NCBI GenBank assembly: GCA_049999805.1
Contig: JBNGIO010006060.1
Coordinates: 131,069-190,344 of the forward strand
Reading direction: 5' to 3'
DNA length: 59,276 nucleotides
Origin: Folioceros fuciformis
Lineage: Eukaryota
In this document: in pieces, positions 47,701 to 59,276 of the stretch
Numbering within the stretch: the stretch's first letter is position 1
How the letters are laid out: each line of letters opens with the position of its first letter
Translations under genes and position numbers: made by a program
The notes under the pieces: generated by a model
What the model was told of the DNA's origin: nothing
The model's input: the letters and a program-made list of their open reading frames with translations, nothing else
Database searches by the model: none

Positions 47701-49416
47701 CGTGCAATCTCATGAAGGGGAAGCTCAAGAGCTGAAAAGGAGAATTTCCTCGTTGGAGGCGTCCTTGTCTAGTGCTCAAAGAGAAGCCCAGACAAGAGAG
47801 GAGGAGCTGCAGCGTGTCAAAAATGCCTTGAGTGAGCTTGAACAGAAAGGGTTGGATGCGGAAGCAACCAATGCTGAACTAAAGGAACAAGTTTCTACCT
47901 TGGCCCGGAAATTGAGTGAGGCAGAACAAAGGCATGCAAGTGAACTAGAAGCTGCAAACAACCGCGTCACTGAATGGCAGGATCGAGATGCACATGAGCG
48001 CGAGGTGCTGCAGAAGCAGGTAGATTGTTGTTTAGGTGGCAGTAAAAGGGTCAATTAGATATTGTGAATCTAACTCATAGGGCTTGTCTGAATGTGAGTG
48101 CTCTGCAGATAGAGACCTTCGTGGAGGAGAATGGGAATCTTCATTCTCAGCTTAGTACGCATCAAGAGAGACTTCACAAGCTCCAGACAGAAAGAGAAGC
48201 CGATGCCAGCGAACTGAAGAAGAAGTCGTTTAGGGAGGTAACTCTTGATGGCGAGCTTCAGGAGCTGAAAGCGAAGGTGGCCGACATACCGAATTTGAAA
48301 AATCGAATCGTTGAGCTGGAACAGAAATTGAGAGAAGCCGACTCAAAGGATCAGCAACAGGTTCGCTGCTTGCCTGCAAAATCCTCTCTTCTCAGTTAGT
48401 GGTATGCTTGTTGCTCTCGCAAGGTTTTCGTCCGTTTCCCAATGCATTCTTGTTCTTGGTTCTTGTGGTCTCCAGAAATCCATTGTGGCCTCAGAGGAAC
48501 AACGGTTGGCTGCTGCTCAGAAAGACGTTTCGGCATTGAAAGCACAACTAGCTAAGTCTGAATCAGAGGTGAGAGTTTCTGCTTGTCTGGTGACAATTCA
48601 CCAAACTCTGGTGATGGAGTCTACAGTGAGGAGCACTGGCAATGTGGAGCTTTAGTATCAGGTTTAGATTTGAAGTCGAGATGGTATGCTGCACGCGCGG
48701 TTTTGTATGCTACGCTCACTTCAGTGACGAACAAGCAGGGAGCGAAGGAGCTACAAGCGGCGATCTTGGATGCAACAGGGAAAGTTCAGAAAGCAGAAGC
48801 TGACGTCATAACAGCTCTCAGCACTGTGGCGGGGCTTAAGGTAGTGACCGTGAAGTGCGTGCATGGTGCATTTGTTCCAGCCGTGCACCGTTACTGACCT
48901 CAGCTCTTGCTCTCTTGACTCAGGCACAAATCAGGCAACATGAAACAACGATACTAGCCCTGGAGAACAAACTGAAGGCTGCCGAGCAGAAACGAGGCGT
49001 TCTGGAAGTCCCTGACGCCGAGGACAAGACCGTCTCAGAAGTGGTAATACCGTCTGCCTCCTTGAACGAAGTGGTCGTACCGTCTATCTCGTTCAACGTA
49101 ATACGAGTCAGTGCACGACATTTGCTTCACCTCTCCGTTGTTGCGGCAGGTGGAGAAGCCACCGGTGCATGACGACCGAAGCAGCTCGAGGGACGCGCTC
49201 ACCTCCGGAGCTGGTAAGCCCCGCAAGAGGAAAGGCAAGGGAGAGAAGGCTTCCGACTCAGAGGAACCTGCCTCCACCGATATCTCGTTCGTGGAGCGAC
49301 AAAAGCCGAGATCAAATGGCGTGTCAACCGGTTTGATATCGGTCGTCGTGGTCGTCTCCTTGTCGTCTTTCGTCCTGAGTTGGTGGATGCGTTCCCGGTT
49401 CTCTAACGTGGTATAG
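44709..49416 (+). CDS. Long coiled-coil protein with C-terminal TM anchor (PICC/PICL-like). 5' end open; two internal assembly gaps
   Basis: More than 1000 aa of E/K/L/Q heptads, KATERSLELEDLL, and C-terminal TM GLISVVVVVSLSSFVLSWW with a short basic tail. Upstream small exons from 44709 splice in frame into MTEPLAEE. Confidence 0.8.
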
Positions 49417-50312
49417 GGACACAAACCTCTGCCTGTGGACCATTATCTGCTAACACTTTGATTTTTTTGGTACTGGGGGCTGCCTTGGCCTTGGTCCTGT
49501 TTGTAGATAGTATCATATGATCCCGGCCGGTAGTGGAGTAAGTGGGGTCCCCTCCCTCCCCCGTTCCTTTGGCCGTTTGTGTCGGCTTAGTCTGCAAGGA
49601 ACGGGTCGGAGCTCGACGCCTCGATAGCTTTTTCTCTGTACATGGGCACTTATATTTAGAACTCAGGTTTTGTCCCTCCCGTCGCCCGACGTCACGCGAG
49701 GACGTGCCCATCCTGGCCCCGACATGTCGCCGTCTAGTTAACAGGGGCTGTCACGAGTTAGCTGCCGGCCAATGTTGCGACGAAAGTGGCGTGTTCGTAG
49801 TGACGAGATACTTTGCCCAGGGCGCCGCGAGATGGCAAATTCGGAGTGGACCCTACCACTTGGTTCCGGCATATGCGAGAAGCAGGTCACATCGCGAAGC
49901 TGTTACGTTAGCGCGGAATATAAGTGACGAGGCCGGGGACCCGATCCACGCCAGTTGTGCGTTGCTTAACGGAGGTTATACCGAGGCCCCACCACTTTAG
50001 CCAACACGGCGGATGACGACGCTTACGTCGGATCGCCTGGTCCTGCCACCTTAAGCCCTTCAGCTTCCTCGGGACCCCGGCCTATATGAGGCCGCCTGGT
50101 GCTCGCCATTGTCTCCTTCCAGCGTTTTTCTTGCAGCGTCTCCTCGACTGCCTCGTCCGCCTTCCTGCCTGCCTTCCCGTCTGTGCGCGCGATCTGTTTC
50201 TTTGCTCCTCTTCCGGAGCAGGAGCGCTGTGTTGTGAGATCTTGCGCAAGGGGAGAGTGGGATCAGGGAGGTACTGTACGTCGGACTCGCCAGGGGTCGG
50301 GTGACCGATACC

Positions 50313-51553
50313 ATGTTGGCTCTCTTTAGCAAGGCCGTGGCCAACGCGCCAGAGGAGCTCGCGGCTCCCGTGGGTTCCAGTCCGGACGGAAGGAGGAGCG
50401 CTGCGGCGATCCTCGGGGACTTCAGACGGCAGCATCCGCTGGCCACCGTCCTGCAGTTTGACGACATCACGGCCTTCGGCTTCACTCACTCGGATCAGGA
50501 GCTGCTCCGGCCCAGGTGAGCCTTTCCTTGGTGCGTAAGGACGGGCGAGGTGTGTTTGGGCTGTAATTGGTGGGCTACGCCCGGATCTGGCATGCGGTGG
50601 CGGGGTGAGGAGTAGCTTGATCTGGGGCTTGGTGTCGATTTGGGGTCACATGCCCCTGGGTTGTGACGTGTGTTTGCTTGTTCGAGGTGTCCTGCGGGCA
50701 CATTGTCTCCTCCTTAACGGAAGACAGGATAGTCTTGTTCTTGTCGATATGATGTGACGCCTTTCAAAGGCACCGGTACGTTCCGACTTAATTCAAGGTT
50801 GCGTGGTGGTGGCAGGTCCTTGGCAGTCGTGGACGATATTTTTTGCATGTTTAGGGGGAACCTGGAGAACCTGCCGCAGCTGAGGCAGCAGTACGGACTA
50901 GGAAAGTCTGTCAATGAGACTTCACTGGTGATTGAGATGTACAGGTCGCTGCGGGATCGGGCCCCGTATCCTGCCGATCAGGTTGTGAAGGCCATTCATG
51001 GACACTTCGTGTTTTTGCTGTTCGACAGCAAGACCCGATCAGTTTTTGTAGCTGCGGTGAGTGTTGTTGGTGCTTTTCCTGCTTTTCTTCATGGGCTGTG
51101 GTCCACGTGCTTCGATTGATCGGTCAATGTGTGCATCTGGGGAATCATGTTTGCAGGACAACCACGGGAAACTTGAATTCTATTGGGGCGCCTCAGCCGA
51201 TGGAGCTCTCGTCTTCTCTGACGACAAGTCTCTGCTGAAGGAAACGTGTGGAAAGTCGCTTGCGCCCTTCCCTCAAGGTATTCTACTGTCCTGCTCTCCA
51301 AAGTTACATTGCTGCAACTCTCTTAAGTCACAATATTGAACGATGGTGATTTGTTGTAGGTTGCTTCTTCACCACCACCGAGGGCCTGCACAGCTTTGAA
51401 CATCCTCTCAACCCTCTGAAGGCAATGCCACGAGTTGACAGCCAGGGCCAGATGTGTGGGGCAACCTTCAAGGTGGATGTGAAGCCGGAGTCTGGGCCTC
51501 CTCCTCGATTCCCACGGGTTGGTAGTGATGCTTCCTGGGCTACGGCCTTTTAG
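50313..51553 (+). CDS. TSJT1/Wali7/aluminium-induced protein (DUF3700, Ntn-hydrolase-like), 4 exons
   Basis: MLALFSKAVANAPEEL, RQQYGL, IEMYRSLRDRAPYPADQVV, YWG, CGKSLAPFPQGCFF, SFEHP, PRVDSQGQMCGATFKVD. Confidence 0.95.
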
Positions 51554-52537
51554 ATCATTTGGTGATGTAGCAGCCTTGTACAGACGGAAAGCAGGCTGGC
51601 ACACCTACTACCATTTGTGTACAGAGAATACATCTGTGGTGCTGTACATTCCGTAGGAAGGAACAATTGAGGACTACATATCTATGTCCAACTAGATGTG
51701 ACCTTTATGTAGGCAAGGTCCGAACTCCAAAGTTCGGACATTTTTAGTATGTATCAAAGTAGCACGTGCTTGGACACTGCTGCCTGTAAGAACCATATTT
51801 TGCAACTGCAGTTCGCCATTATGTTTTTATATCCGAGAAAATCGTGCAGATACTGTGCACCCCGTCATTTCGATGCCAGCAACCTGCATCTTCCTTTATC
51901 CACGACAGAGTTTGTCAGTTTGATTCCCTATCTCTTCCCCGTTGTCAGGGAATACGTCTCGATATTTTTCCAAACCGACACGACTTTGTTGGGACCCAGT
52001 AAGGTCAAAATCTTGGTTGGATTTCGAATTACATGTCAAATATTTCGACTTTGGCGTGAGCAGATCTTCCTCTATCCGCAGGCACATAGACCATCAGCGG
52101 TGGTCCACATTGGTGGCTGTCCGACCCACCAATTCCGTGACCACCCACGAGGCAGCTCGCTTCAGGGACCGGGTGCACGAATGCTGTCAAACTTACCACG
52201 AGATGCCTGGCGCTATCTTTCTGTACAACTCTCATGGCTGGCTTTCGCCCCACTCCTAGGACTCTCGATCACCCTGAATGACAAGGGGGGCAGAAGTACG
52301 ACTGTGCAAACCGTAGTTGACAAAGTGCTGCACAGGCTGCAAAGCAACAAGAACAGGCTGTGAGTTGCCAGCTTGTGTGGGCTGGAGGGACGCTCATGCG
52401 GCTTTCAGACATATCTGCAGGAGTCTCAGAAAGTTATTGCAAATAGACCATCAACGGGAAAAAAAAGGTTTGAATGAAGAGGACTACCGTAGATGTCAAA
52501 TGGGGATGGCCATACGACGCACAGCGATGATGCTGCC

Positions 52538-54605
52538 TCAACGAGAACGGTCCGATTGCGTGAGCCGCTCTGCAAGCTTCTGCATGAACGTGGTAACAGC
52601 TTTGCCATCTAGACGAAGCCAGGAAGATTCAAAGGCATCATGTTCGTAGTCAACCTGTAATTCCCTTGCCACTCGCCGGAATGCCCGGCCAAACATATTC
52701 CCTTCCTGAGCTCCAAGCCTTGGTCGGTGAGATACACCCACTAACAGGAAGAGAGCTGACCCTGGATCGTAGGCCACACCCACAATAGGCTTCGTCTTGC
52801 GGCCAGTTTCCCTTAGAGCGTCCATAAGGAAATAACATAGCTTCGTCAAAGTCAATGGATGCGCAAGCAAATTGTTGTCTGAGCCATCGTTGATCTTGAA
52901 CCACCTGCGAATACAGAACTCATATCAGTAATGCTGCCCAGAAACGGTCGCGCGTCCATGGTTCGAGGAAAAGGAGCATTAGCAAATACCTGAAGGCTTT
53001 ACACATTCTGATAAACCCCGGCTTTGAAATTGCGCATTTTCCTTGCCTCAAGGTAGCTTCTTGTACGCTGATAGCATGTCGAATGCCTGCCTGTAGTTCA
53101 GCAGTTGCACTTGGGGCGAGCGCAGTCAGCGCCTTGTAGAAAGAGCTTTCCCATTCGTCTCCCTTGCCAGATTCGAGCAAAGCAGTAACCGCGTGCACAA
53201 CATCTGCTGCAGATACTCTAGTGCCATAGCCATGGCGTCTTTGAAAACTTCTATAGTAAAGGTCAGTCAGGCCAGCCTTGGATGCAATTTTCTCAAACTC
53301 CTCCTTCAATCTTCTTTTTGTCTCAGAGGTCATATATTGAAACCTCTGTTGGCATTCCAACAAGGAAATGCCCATGTTTGCAAGATGAAGTTTTAAGTTT
53401 TTCAAACCATTATCACTCCAGGTCTTCAATTTTGTTGCCACATAGGTGGAGCAAATCATGGAATCATACAAACTCCACTCCCTCAACAGCATGAGCCTCG
53501 GCTCATCTTCTAAAACGATTCTCGAGTTATCCGGCGTGGGCACCCTGGTCCCATCTGCCAGGGTAACAGGCGCTCCCAATTCCAAGTTCCCAGCGCTGTT
53601 CACGTGGTTCTCCAACTCCATCATACTTGCAGCATAACGCTCCGTCGTCAACCTTTCATGAACAAACTGATCTGCCAGTGACACACAAGCGAGCCATAGT
53701 AGCTCGTTGGTATTCTTGTGTAGTGCATGGGACAAGTCAAACATCAGGCAACCTGATGGTTTGCCATGGAATGTTCCCTTGCTGTAGTACTCCTTGATCT
53801 GGTGCCGAAGGTGCTGCCTGGCTTCCGAAACCTGCTCATCTTCTCCTTCATTTCTATCATCATCATCGTCATCCTCGTCCTGACCCCCATATTTCCGACC
53901 CCTACTTTTCCTTTTCCTCTTAGCACCTGTTAACCATAACAGAGCAAGCATGAGTCCCCCGAACTGAAAACACTCTCACCCAGACAACAGTTAATCGTGA
54001 CGGAAAGCACAGGCCGCTGGCTCACACAGGCGAGCTCGTGGTAGAAGCTACATACCGCGATGGTTGTTTTCCTTGTCGTATTCATAGTCTTCCCACTCAC
54101 TGTCATAATCACCATCCTCAGCGAGCTCGGAATCCTCTGGGTCGCAGTCTTCAGCCAAGGCCATGAAGTTAAAAGGATAAGCCATGTCCGCCTCTCGCTG
54201 ATCATCTGCCGTGTACAGGACGACAATCCGCTTATTAAGCGTATTGAGGTTCTGCAAACTCACCGGCCTGTGGCTGTCAACCACAAAGACCAAGCTATGC
54301 AAACCCGGCTTGAGCACATTGAGCAGATTCAAGGATGCTCCCCAGTTGATCAACATCACGACATATGAGCTTTCCCCTGATTGTATTGTCTCCGCATATT
54401 TGCTCTGAAAATCTGAGACACTGGCAACAGGAAACACGGAGTACCGTATAGAGTCCGATCTGAGCAGATCAGTAACGATTCTCAGCGCGCACACAGAATC
54501 CGTGTCTGCCGCAGAGGGATAGATTCGAACCGGAGATGAGGATGCAGAAACAGCAGCTTTCTTCAGCTCGCCATAGAAAACTGCTACATCCAGCAACCGC
54601 ACCAT
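52538..54605 (-). CDS. CDC45: Cell division control protein 45 (CMG helicase subunit), 3 exons
   Basis: DTDSVCALRI, LINWGA, FVVDSHRP, acidic insert, YYSKGTFHGKPSG, LLWLACVSL, EPRLMLLREWSLYDSM, SAADVVHAVTALLE, HPLTLTKLCYFLMD, GNMFGRAF. Confidence 0.96.
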
Positions 54606-55505
54606 GGCAACGTGCTGCTCACCGTTAAACTGCGCGCCGGATTTGTGAGCGCTACATTTGCCACCGCACCAGCGGCGGGAACTTCAATCCTCTGACTCTT
54701 AAACCTTTCTCTGCCGGAATCCTAGAAACTCCCCACCCCATCCTGTTCCACCAGGGGAAGAACTCAGCAGTTGAATTCCTCCACCTAAAACAAAAGAAGA
54801 GGCGGAAGAAACAAGCAAGGTCCCATTCCCGGGTCCTGCCATGGGCCACCGCCAGTGTCCGGAGCCTTGCGAGGCTCGTCTCCAGGCAAACTCAAGGCGT
54901 CAACAGCAACAACTTCCACAGCTCTTCCGCCTCCTCGCATTTCCAGCTAAAGGGATCTATCCTAAAGGGATCCCGGAGCAGGCCACATTCTTCAGGCCCT
55001 CCAGTTGCTACAACCAGTACGAAAACAGGATGCAGATGGAGAAATGCAGGACGACAGCTCAAGACCACGTCAGGGGGAAGGCACAATCTTTCTGCCCTTC
55101 CCTCCGTTTCCAGTTTGAACACTTGCCCAAATTCCCTCTCTTCCCGGTTTGATATGCTCCCAGGCCGGCGGTTCGGGCCGAACCACAACCCGCACTGGCC
55201 CCACCTCCATGCCCTAGGTGCTACATCACCGATACTTCATTCAAATTTTGACCCACGTACAGTACATAAATAATGAAAGCTTCCGGATTTGTATGGAATT
55301 AAATACGGTCGCATCGCTGAAAGCAAAGCGTTCGATCTCCTATAACAGACTGTACGCAGGAACTTCTGCAGAGCCCTACAAAGTCTTCAACGGAATAACC
55401 CATATTCCACAGAGATGCATCGTCGGCAAACAAAAGCAATATGTACCCAGAAAACATCACAGAGTTGCTTTAGGCCGTCCAGATGTCGAAGGTAATCGAA
55501 GGATA

Positions 55506-55544
55506 TTTGCTATGAGCTGAAAACGTTTGCTATGAGCTGAAAAC
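55506..55544. repeat. 20-bp tandem duplication
   Basis: tttgctatgagctgaaaac g tttgctatgagctgaaaac. Confidence 0.85.
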
Positions 55545-56124
55545 ACAAGTCTTGCCTTACCTACCTTGGACCAGCTGTAGGTGCTTAGGAACGTACGTGA
55601 GTATAATTTATGAGCTACTTACGGGTGGAACAAACGACAGTCTTCAATCTAAAGAACTCATGACATCCTCGGGTGCGTGCTACTCTGGGGCTTGGTGTCT
55701 GATACTCCAGGACTGGATGAAAGCTTCCGCACAGCGTCTCTTTTCGCCCATTCGCTCCGTTTCCTTGCAAAAAACCACATTGAGGGATGGACGGGACACA
55801 TAGCAGTGTCATGCTTGCAGTAACTGCTTGCAAGGTCTGCGACTGCGCACCTGTGTGCGGACCTGCGCTTAAGGTTACTTCCGGCCTCATATTCTCCTTG
55901 GAAATGCTTAACGTATGTACACAATTACATTATGCCACAAACATTCCCCGGCAGCGCACGTGATTTCTCTCGTGATTTGAATAGGGAAGGCTAGTGGCAA
56001 TATGCCTGAGTCATAAATATCTTAGTATTCACAGGCAACAGCAAGCCATGGCGGCTGAGACACCGTTGGCTTTGCACCTTTACTTAGAAGGCCACTTCAA
56101 ATAAATTTTTTATGAGCTTTGCCA

Positions 56125-58928
56125 TTAATCAATGGAATTTTTGTCAGCACGTCGAGAGTGGTACTGGGCTGTCAGCAGAACGAGCGTGAAAATGGCACTT
56201 GCCAAAAAAATGGCATCGAACCATCGGTGGTAGAAATGGAACTGGAAATCTCGCCCCAGCACATCCGTTATCACTTTCCTGCCGCATGAAACACACACCA
56301 TTGTCAAATCAGACCAGCGCAGATTGGTATCCCTCAACCGGACAAGTGCATGAATTTGCCAGTGGTTGTCCACCTGTGTTGTTCATCCAGGCTTGCTCGT
56401 ATAAGAAGAATGGAGGACAGAAAGTACATTCCCATGATTTCAGACACGAAAAGGACAAGATTGCTGGACGTGCTCTTTCCTGGACCGCCAATTGCAAACA
56501 GGAACTGCGGATGCATCACATCGAGTCAGAATGCCACAGCCCTTAGTGACCACACACACATGCCAATGCAGATGCAACAGACGAGAGGCAAATGTAACGG
56601 ACCTTCATCAAGTTCAGAAGAAACCCTCTGAGGGACATGGCAATTAGCACGCCAATGAAGACTAGAGATATGTACTGCAACCAATGTATGAGCTGGGTAA
56701 GTTTTTCCAGAGATAATACTGACCTCAGAAGTTCTCTCGTTTGAGAACATCCAAACACAAATGGGGAGTGCTGTCTCAAAGGCTTACAAGCAGACCAGAC
56801 CATTGCATGAACACTTTGAGGGAGGTCACATTGCTTGTACTTCCCAACAATCAGGAGATTACCTGGGACCAAAGTGCATCATTGATGCCAATATTAAACA
56901 AGCTGAAGACAAAGCTGAATGTCTTCAACACCGGGTCTGCAGTGCTCGACTGCAGCATGTGATGGTCGACTTAGAAAGACTGGCAAATTAGTCAGTGATG
57001 AGGAGGAGCATCAATGAGTACAAGAAAGGATAACCTGAATAAAGGTTTGGCCGACAGATGGGACCCCCACTGGTGAAGCTGTGAAAAAGACACTCTGCAT
57101 GGACTGAGCCAACCACAGATTCTTTAGAATCCGTGGCTCTGGCATTCACAAACAGAGGGATCCGAGAGTGCCACACCTTCACCATCTTGTACACACAATA
57201 CACTGAGCAGCCATAACCGAGAAGGTTGTTCAAATGACCCTTCCATGTCCTGGAGAATTGTGCTGCACTCTGTACAAGGTGGACTATTTAGAATCCTAAC
57301 ATGTTGTTACGTCCTTGTGCACTGGTGTGTCTGCACCAAGTACCTTAGCTTGACGTAGTTCATAAACTTCAAGAAAAAGCTGCTTAGAGTAATCATCCAG
57401 TGTGCTCATCTCTGCCTCTACATCATGCAGCTCTGTGGAAACAAAGATCGTCAGCAATACAGAAACTCTGACACTTTCATCACTATAGCCTCAATCCAGA
57501 AACGTACGTCTCAAAACAGAGCCGAAATCAGTATCTGTACCCTGCTTGTGATACCTTGGGGACGATGATCGGATGCTTGAGTTCGAAGAATAGCGGATGG
57601 CTTTGAAACCCAGCTTGAAGTCGTATCTGCTACCTGTGACGCAACAGGAGGCATTCAAGCATTGATATTGCATTCACTAACAGGAAACAGCTGAAGGAAG
57701 GATTATAGCGCTGTTGGTTGGTTAAAACGACAACACCACAATTTTGCAAGAACTTGCATGGACGTTACCTCCTGCACAGCACCGATGCGATCAACTTTCT
57801 TCCTCTTCGAAACACACGGATCCACAGCTTGCAACATTTTCCTTTCTGCTGCAGCAAGTTCGCCATCATCGATATCCCTGTCATCACAAGTTTCTGAAAA
57901 GCTTATTTCAGATGATGACGTAAGACTACACCTGTACAAAGAAACAAGAGATGTATTGCCTTCGCATGTCTGTTGAAGACAAGACTCAACTTCCTAAAGC
58001 CTGGAAACTTACTACGGTACCCTGTGAGAGAGTAACCTTATGAGAAGGAACATATAGCTGAACGGAAGACTCACTGCTCCATAACCCGACAGCACAGCCA
58101 TGAGAGTGACACCGATGAGCCCAACTCTGCCAATAAGCTGTGCCATTGTAAAAAAGCCTGCAAGACCACAGTGGCCATCAACACTCAAGCGCAGCTCATA
58201 AAGGGCAATGAATCGGGCAAATCCACTTGACATGGCATTCCAGCACAAGATACCTTGATCTTCAGAGGGCATGGGAAAATGAACACCCATGCGCCAAAAT
58301 GCGTAGAGGAAGACTGCAACGAACAACACAGAGCTAATAGCTGCCTTATCCTTTTGAAGCCCTGCCAGACGAAATCAAAAGTTGACATTAAACCAAAAAC
58401 TTCTAGCAGACAAGAATACTTATTGCTAGGTTACATTCAGGTCGGGCAATGGAGGAGTACCATTATCACGAAGGATCAGGAAGCAGTGAGCGTACGGCAC
58501 AACAAAAACAAGAAGAATCACCAAGAAGAAAAAATCCATGTTCCAGTTTATCCACCGTGCGCTGCCATCAAACCAGAGGCCAATCACTATTGTTACTGCA
58601 CTGGAAAACCCTCATTTCTCAGACTCGCCACACAAATTGCATGCCCTTGCAGCCAGGAAGCAAGACCAATCAAATGCTGAACTGAGGAGTCAGAAACTCA
58701 CTCGTCTGAGAGAACAGGTATCATTTCAAGAAGCACCAACTCCAGCAAGTTGCAGGAGAAGGCAAAGACAACACTGAAAAGAATCTGCACAACCCACGGT
58801 TTCTCCTCGTAATCCTTGTACAGCTTCCTGTTAAGGAACAACAGACCTCCATAGCCAAGTATTCCCAGTGAACTGCCAACGGCCAGGCCCTCGTACAGAA
58901 TTCTGCCAAAGCTAAGGTCGCCCATCAT
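56125..58928 (-). CDS. GTG: GPCR-type G protein / Golgi pH regulator (GTG1/2, COLD1, GPR89 family), multi-exon
   Basis: [108 protein letters not shown]. Confidence 0.95.
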
Positions 58929-59276
58929 GCGGATTCCGATCTGCCGTACGACTAGCCAGGGACGAGAACCAGCGTCAGAGACCTGCTCCAGACCTGCGCA
59001 CCCCGAATTCCCATTTCTCCTGCCCGCCAAATGCCCGCTTCCGTCTGTTCGGACGATCCAGTAGCATAGTCACGCGAGACCCACCTTCTCCATCGGCCCC
59101 AGCAGGATTCCGGCCACAACGCTGTCAGCACACGAGCACGCGATCGCCTGGGCCCAGCTGAACGAACTCCAATCATAAAATTCGAACTCCTCCAGTTGCA
59201 GCTCGCACAAGTTGGGCAATTCAAACGTCCCCTGAGATTCCTCTCTCGGCACCGGAGGTCGAATTCTAAGCCCTTG

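Noticed and set aside
54674-54682. E2F-like site (GGCGGGAAC) upstream of CDC45
   Set aside because: Biologically plausible, but it is a single imperfect match with the TSS unknown.
54841-55520. ~100-aa ORFs between CDC45 and GTG
   Set aside because: No recognisable homology or splice structure.

Overview
Eukaryotic nuclear DNA from a gene-dense land-plant genome with short introns (mostly about 70-120 nt, GT-AG). A bryophyte such as a hornwort is my inference from intron size, gene density and gene content. I reconstructed 16 intron-containing genes by hand from the ORF fragments. In order they are a TMEM184/LAZ1-like protein, CSN5, a plastid-type zinc-ribbon membrane protein, a CHASE-domain hybrid histidine kinase, a cytochrome-b5-fused sphingolipid fatty acid 2-hydroxylase, an alpha/beta hydrolase, an LSMT-like SET protein, a GT61-like glycosyltransferase, a GDP-mannose-hydrolase-like Nudix enzyme, a DCL4-type Dicer, an organellar ribosomal S15, a tail-anchored long coiled-coil protein, a TSJT1/Wali7 protein, CDC45 and GTG/GPR89, plus the probable 5' end of one more gene at the left edge. 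The window also has microsatellites, a ~1.7-kb AT-rich repeat-rich element and five assembly gaps. Most notable observations: (1) the CHASE receptor has Asn where AHK4 has its cytokinin-binding Asp; (2) the Dicer has a ~450-aa insert with an internal duplicated motif between its two dsRBDs; (3) a miR160-identical 15-mer lies in a hairpin upstream of the Dicer and abuts a putative transposon end; (4) the hydroxylase has the fungal/animal-type b5 fusion; (5) a NudD-like gene is head-to-head with the GT61 gene; (6) the coiled-coil gene has extra N-terminal exons; (7) there is a dense GTAC (copper-response-like) cluster. All homology calls come from recalled family motifs; no database search was run.
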